In this document: one piece after another, positions 51,066 to 51,695 of the stretch
Layout: every line of letters begins with the position of its first letter
Position numbering within the stretch: the stretch's first letter is position 1
Assembly: GCA_043818055.1 (NCBI GenBank)
Contig: JBDRGF010000099.1
Span: 1-51,695 of the forward strand
Direction of reading: 5' to 3'
DNA length: 51,695 bases
Source: Pseudomonadota bacterium
GTDB lineage: Bacteria > UBA10199 > 2-02-FULL-44-16 > JBDRGF01
Notes under the pieces: generated by a model
What the model saw: only the letters and a program-made list of their open reading frames with translations
The model's database searches: none
Told to the model about the DNA's origin: nothing
Position numbers and translations under genes: made by a program

Positions 51066-51695
51066 CTACATATACATACTACATGCCACATACGTTTTTT
51101 GATATTTTGCACCTTCTTCAAGCATGAAAGTATCCAGCGTCTTTATGCCATCACCATTTTCTATCATTGATTCCATGGATTTTATTGAAAGGTTTTTGAC
51201 TGTTGAATCAACACGGATGCCGAAGAGTTTGTTATTTGTGATAGAACTCTCTTCGACGAGGATGTTTTCGCCTTGAGCATCGATGCCGATGTCGTAGGCG
51301 GATATTGTGACACCATTTATAGTTATCCCCTTGCCTAGCGTCTTAATGCCTGTTGAAAATTTAGGGGGAATTTCTGAAACACCTGTCAGCGTTGAATTTG
51401 CAACCAAACACCCATTTGGACAATTGAGTTCAATGCCGTGCTTTGATTTATCGATCGTGATGTTGTGGAGGATTGTGTAGGCATCGGAGTTGATAGCGAG
51501 GCCTGCTGCATCGCCGCTAAATTCTAGACCGGATATTATTACAGGTTTATTATCATAAGATGATTTTGCAAATTTGATTACTCTGTCGAGAGTGCGTGGA
51601 TATATAACTAATTTGTTATCAACTACTTTTTTTATTCCTATTTTAAAACAAAACTCATAATAACTGTTGTTTACGAGATAGGTAGAATTTGGATC
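51066..51695 (-). pseudogene. Paralog of the 37901-39325 beta-helix protein, 5' partial and C-terminally truncated
   Basis: Frame is open from the window end. YYEFCF, IISGLEF, DIGIDAQGENILVE and DTFMLEEGA match the paralog. The stop codon lies inside a heptamer repeat. Confidence 0.7.

Overview
Bacterial chromosomal window. The gene set (sigma54-type promoters, MYXO-CTERM-like tail, Ser/Thr kinases, PilZ) suggests a deltaproteobacterial or Myxococcota-like host; this is inference. Housekeeping genes (TamB-like, recQ, gpsA, Ca-type P-ATPase, queG, serS, DsbA-like) are interspersed with two accessory modules. (1) An integrase-less island of about 11 kb lies between tRNA-Ser(GCT) and a 16-bp duplicate of its 3' end (6942-18100). 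It carries a Schlafen/AlbA ATPase, a three-gene methylase/helicase restriction-like cassette whose main methylase is frameshifted by a 7-bp duplication, a membrane protein paired with a 781-aa protein whose C-terminus reads like an HK97 capsid fold, a PIN-like protein and a DUF6933-like protein. (2) An AT-rich operon behind a sigma54 promoter (39709-47771) encodes a B12 radical SAM enzyme, a 62-aa peptide, a methyltransferase, a stand-alone peptide-binding protein, a hybrid sensor kinase and a sigma54 activator, next to a subtilase lipoprotein. This is a candidate RiPP-based signalling circuit. Also present: a phosphatase/pseudokinase/kinase-NTPase-TPR triad, nested MITE/REP elements, repeats inserted in frame in coding sequences, and a repeat-truncated paralog of a surface protein. 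All family calls come from motifs read by eye; no searches were run.
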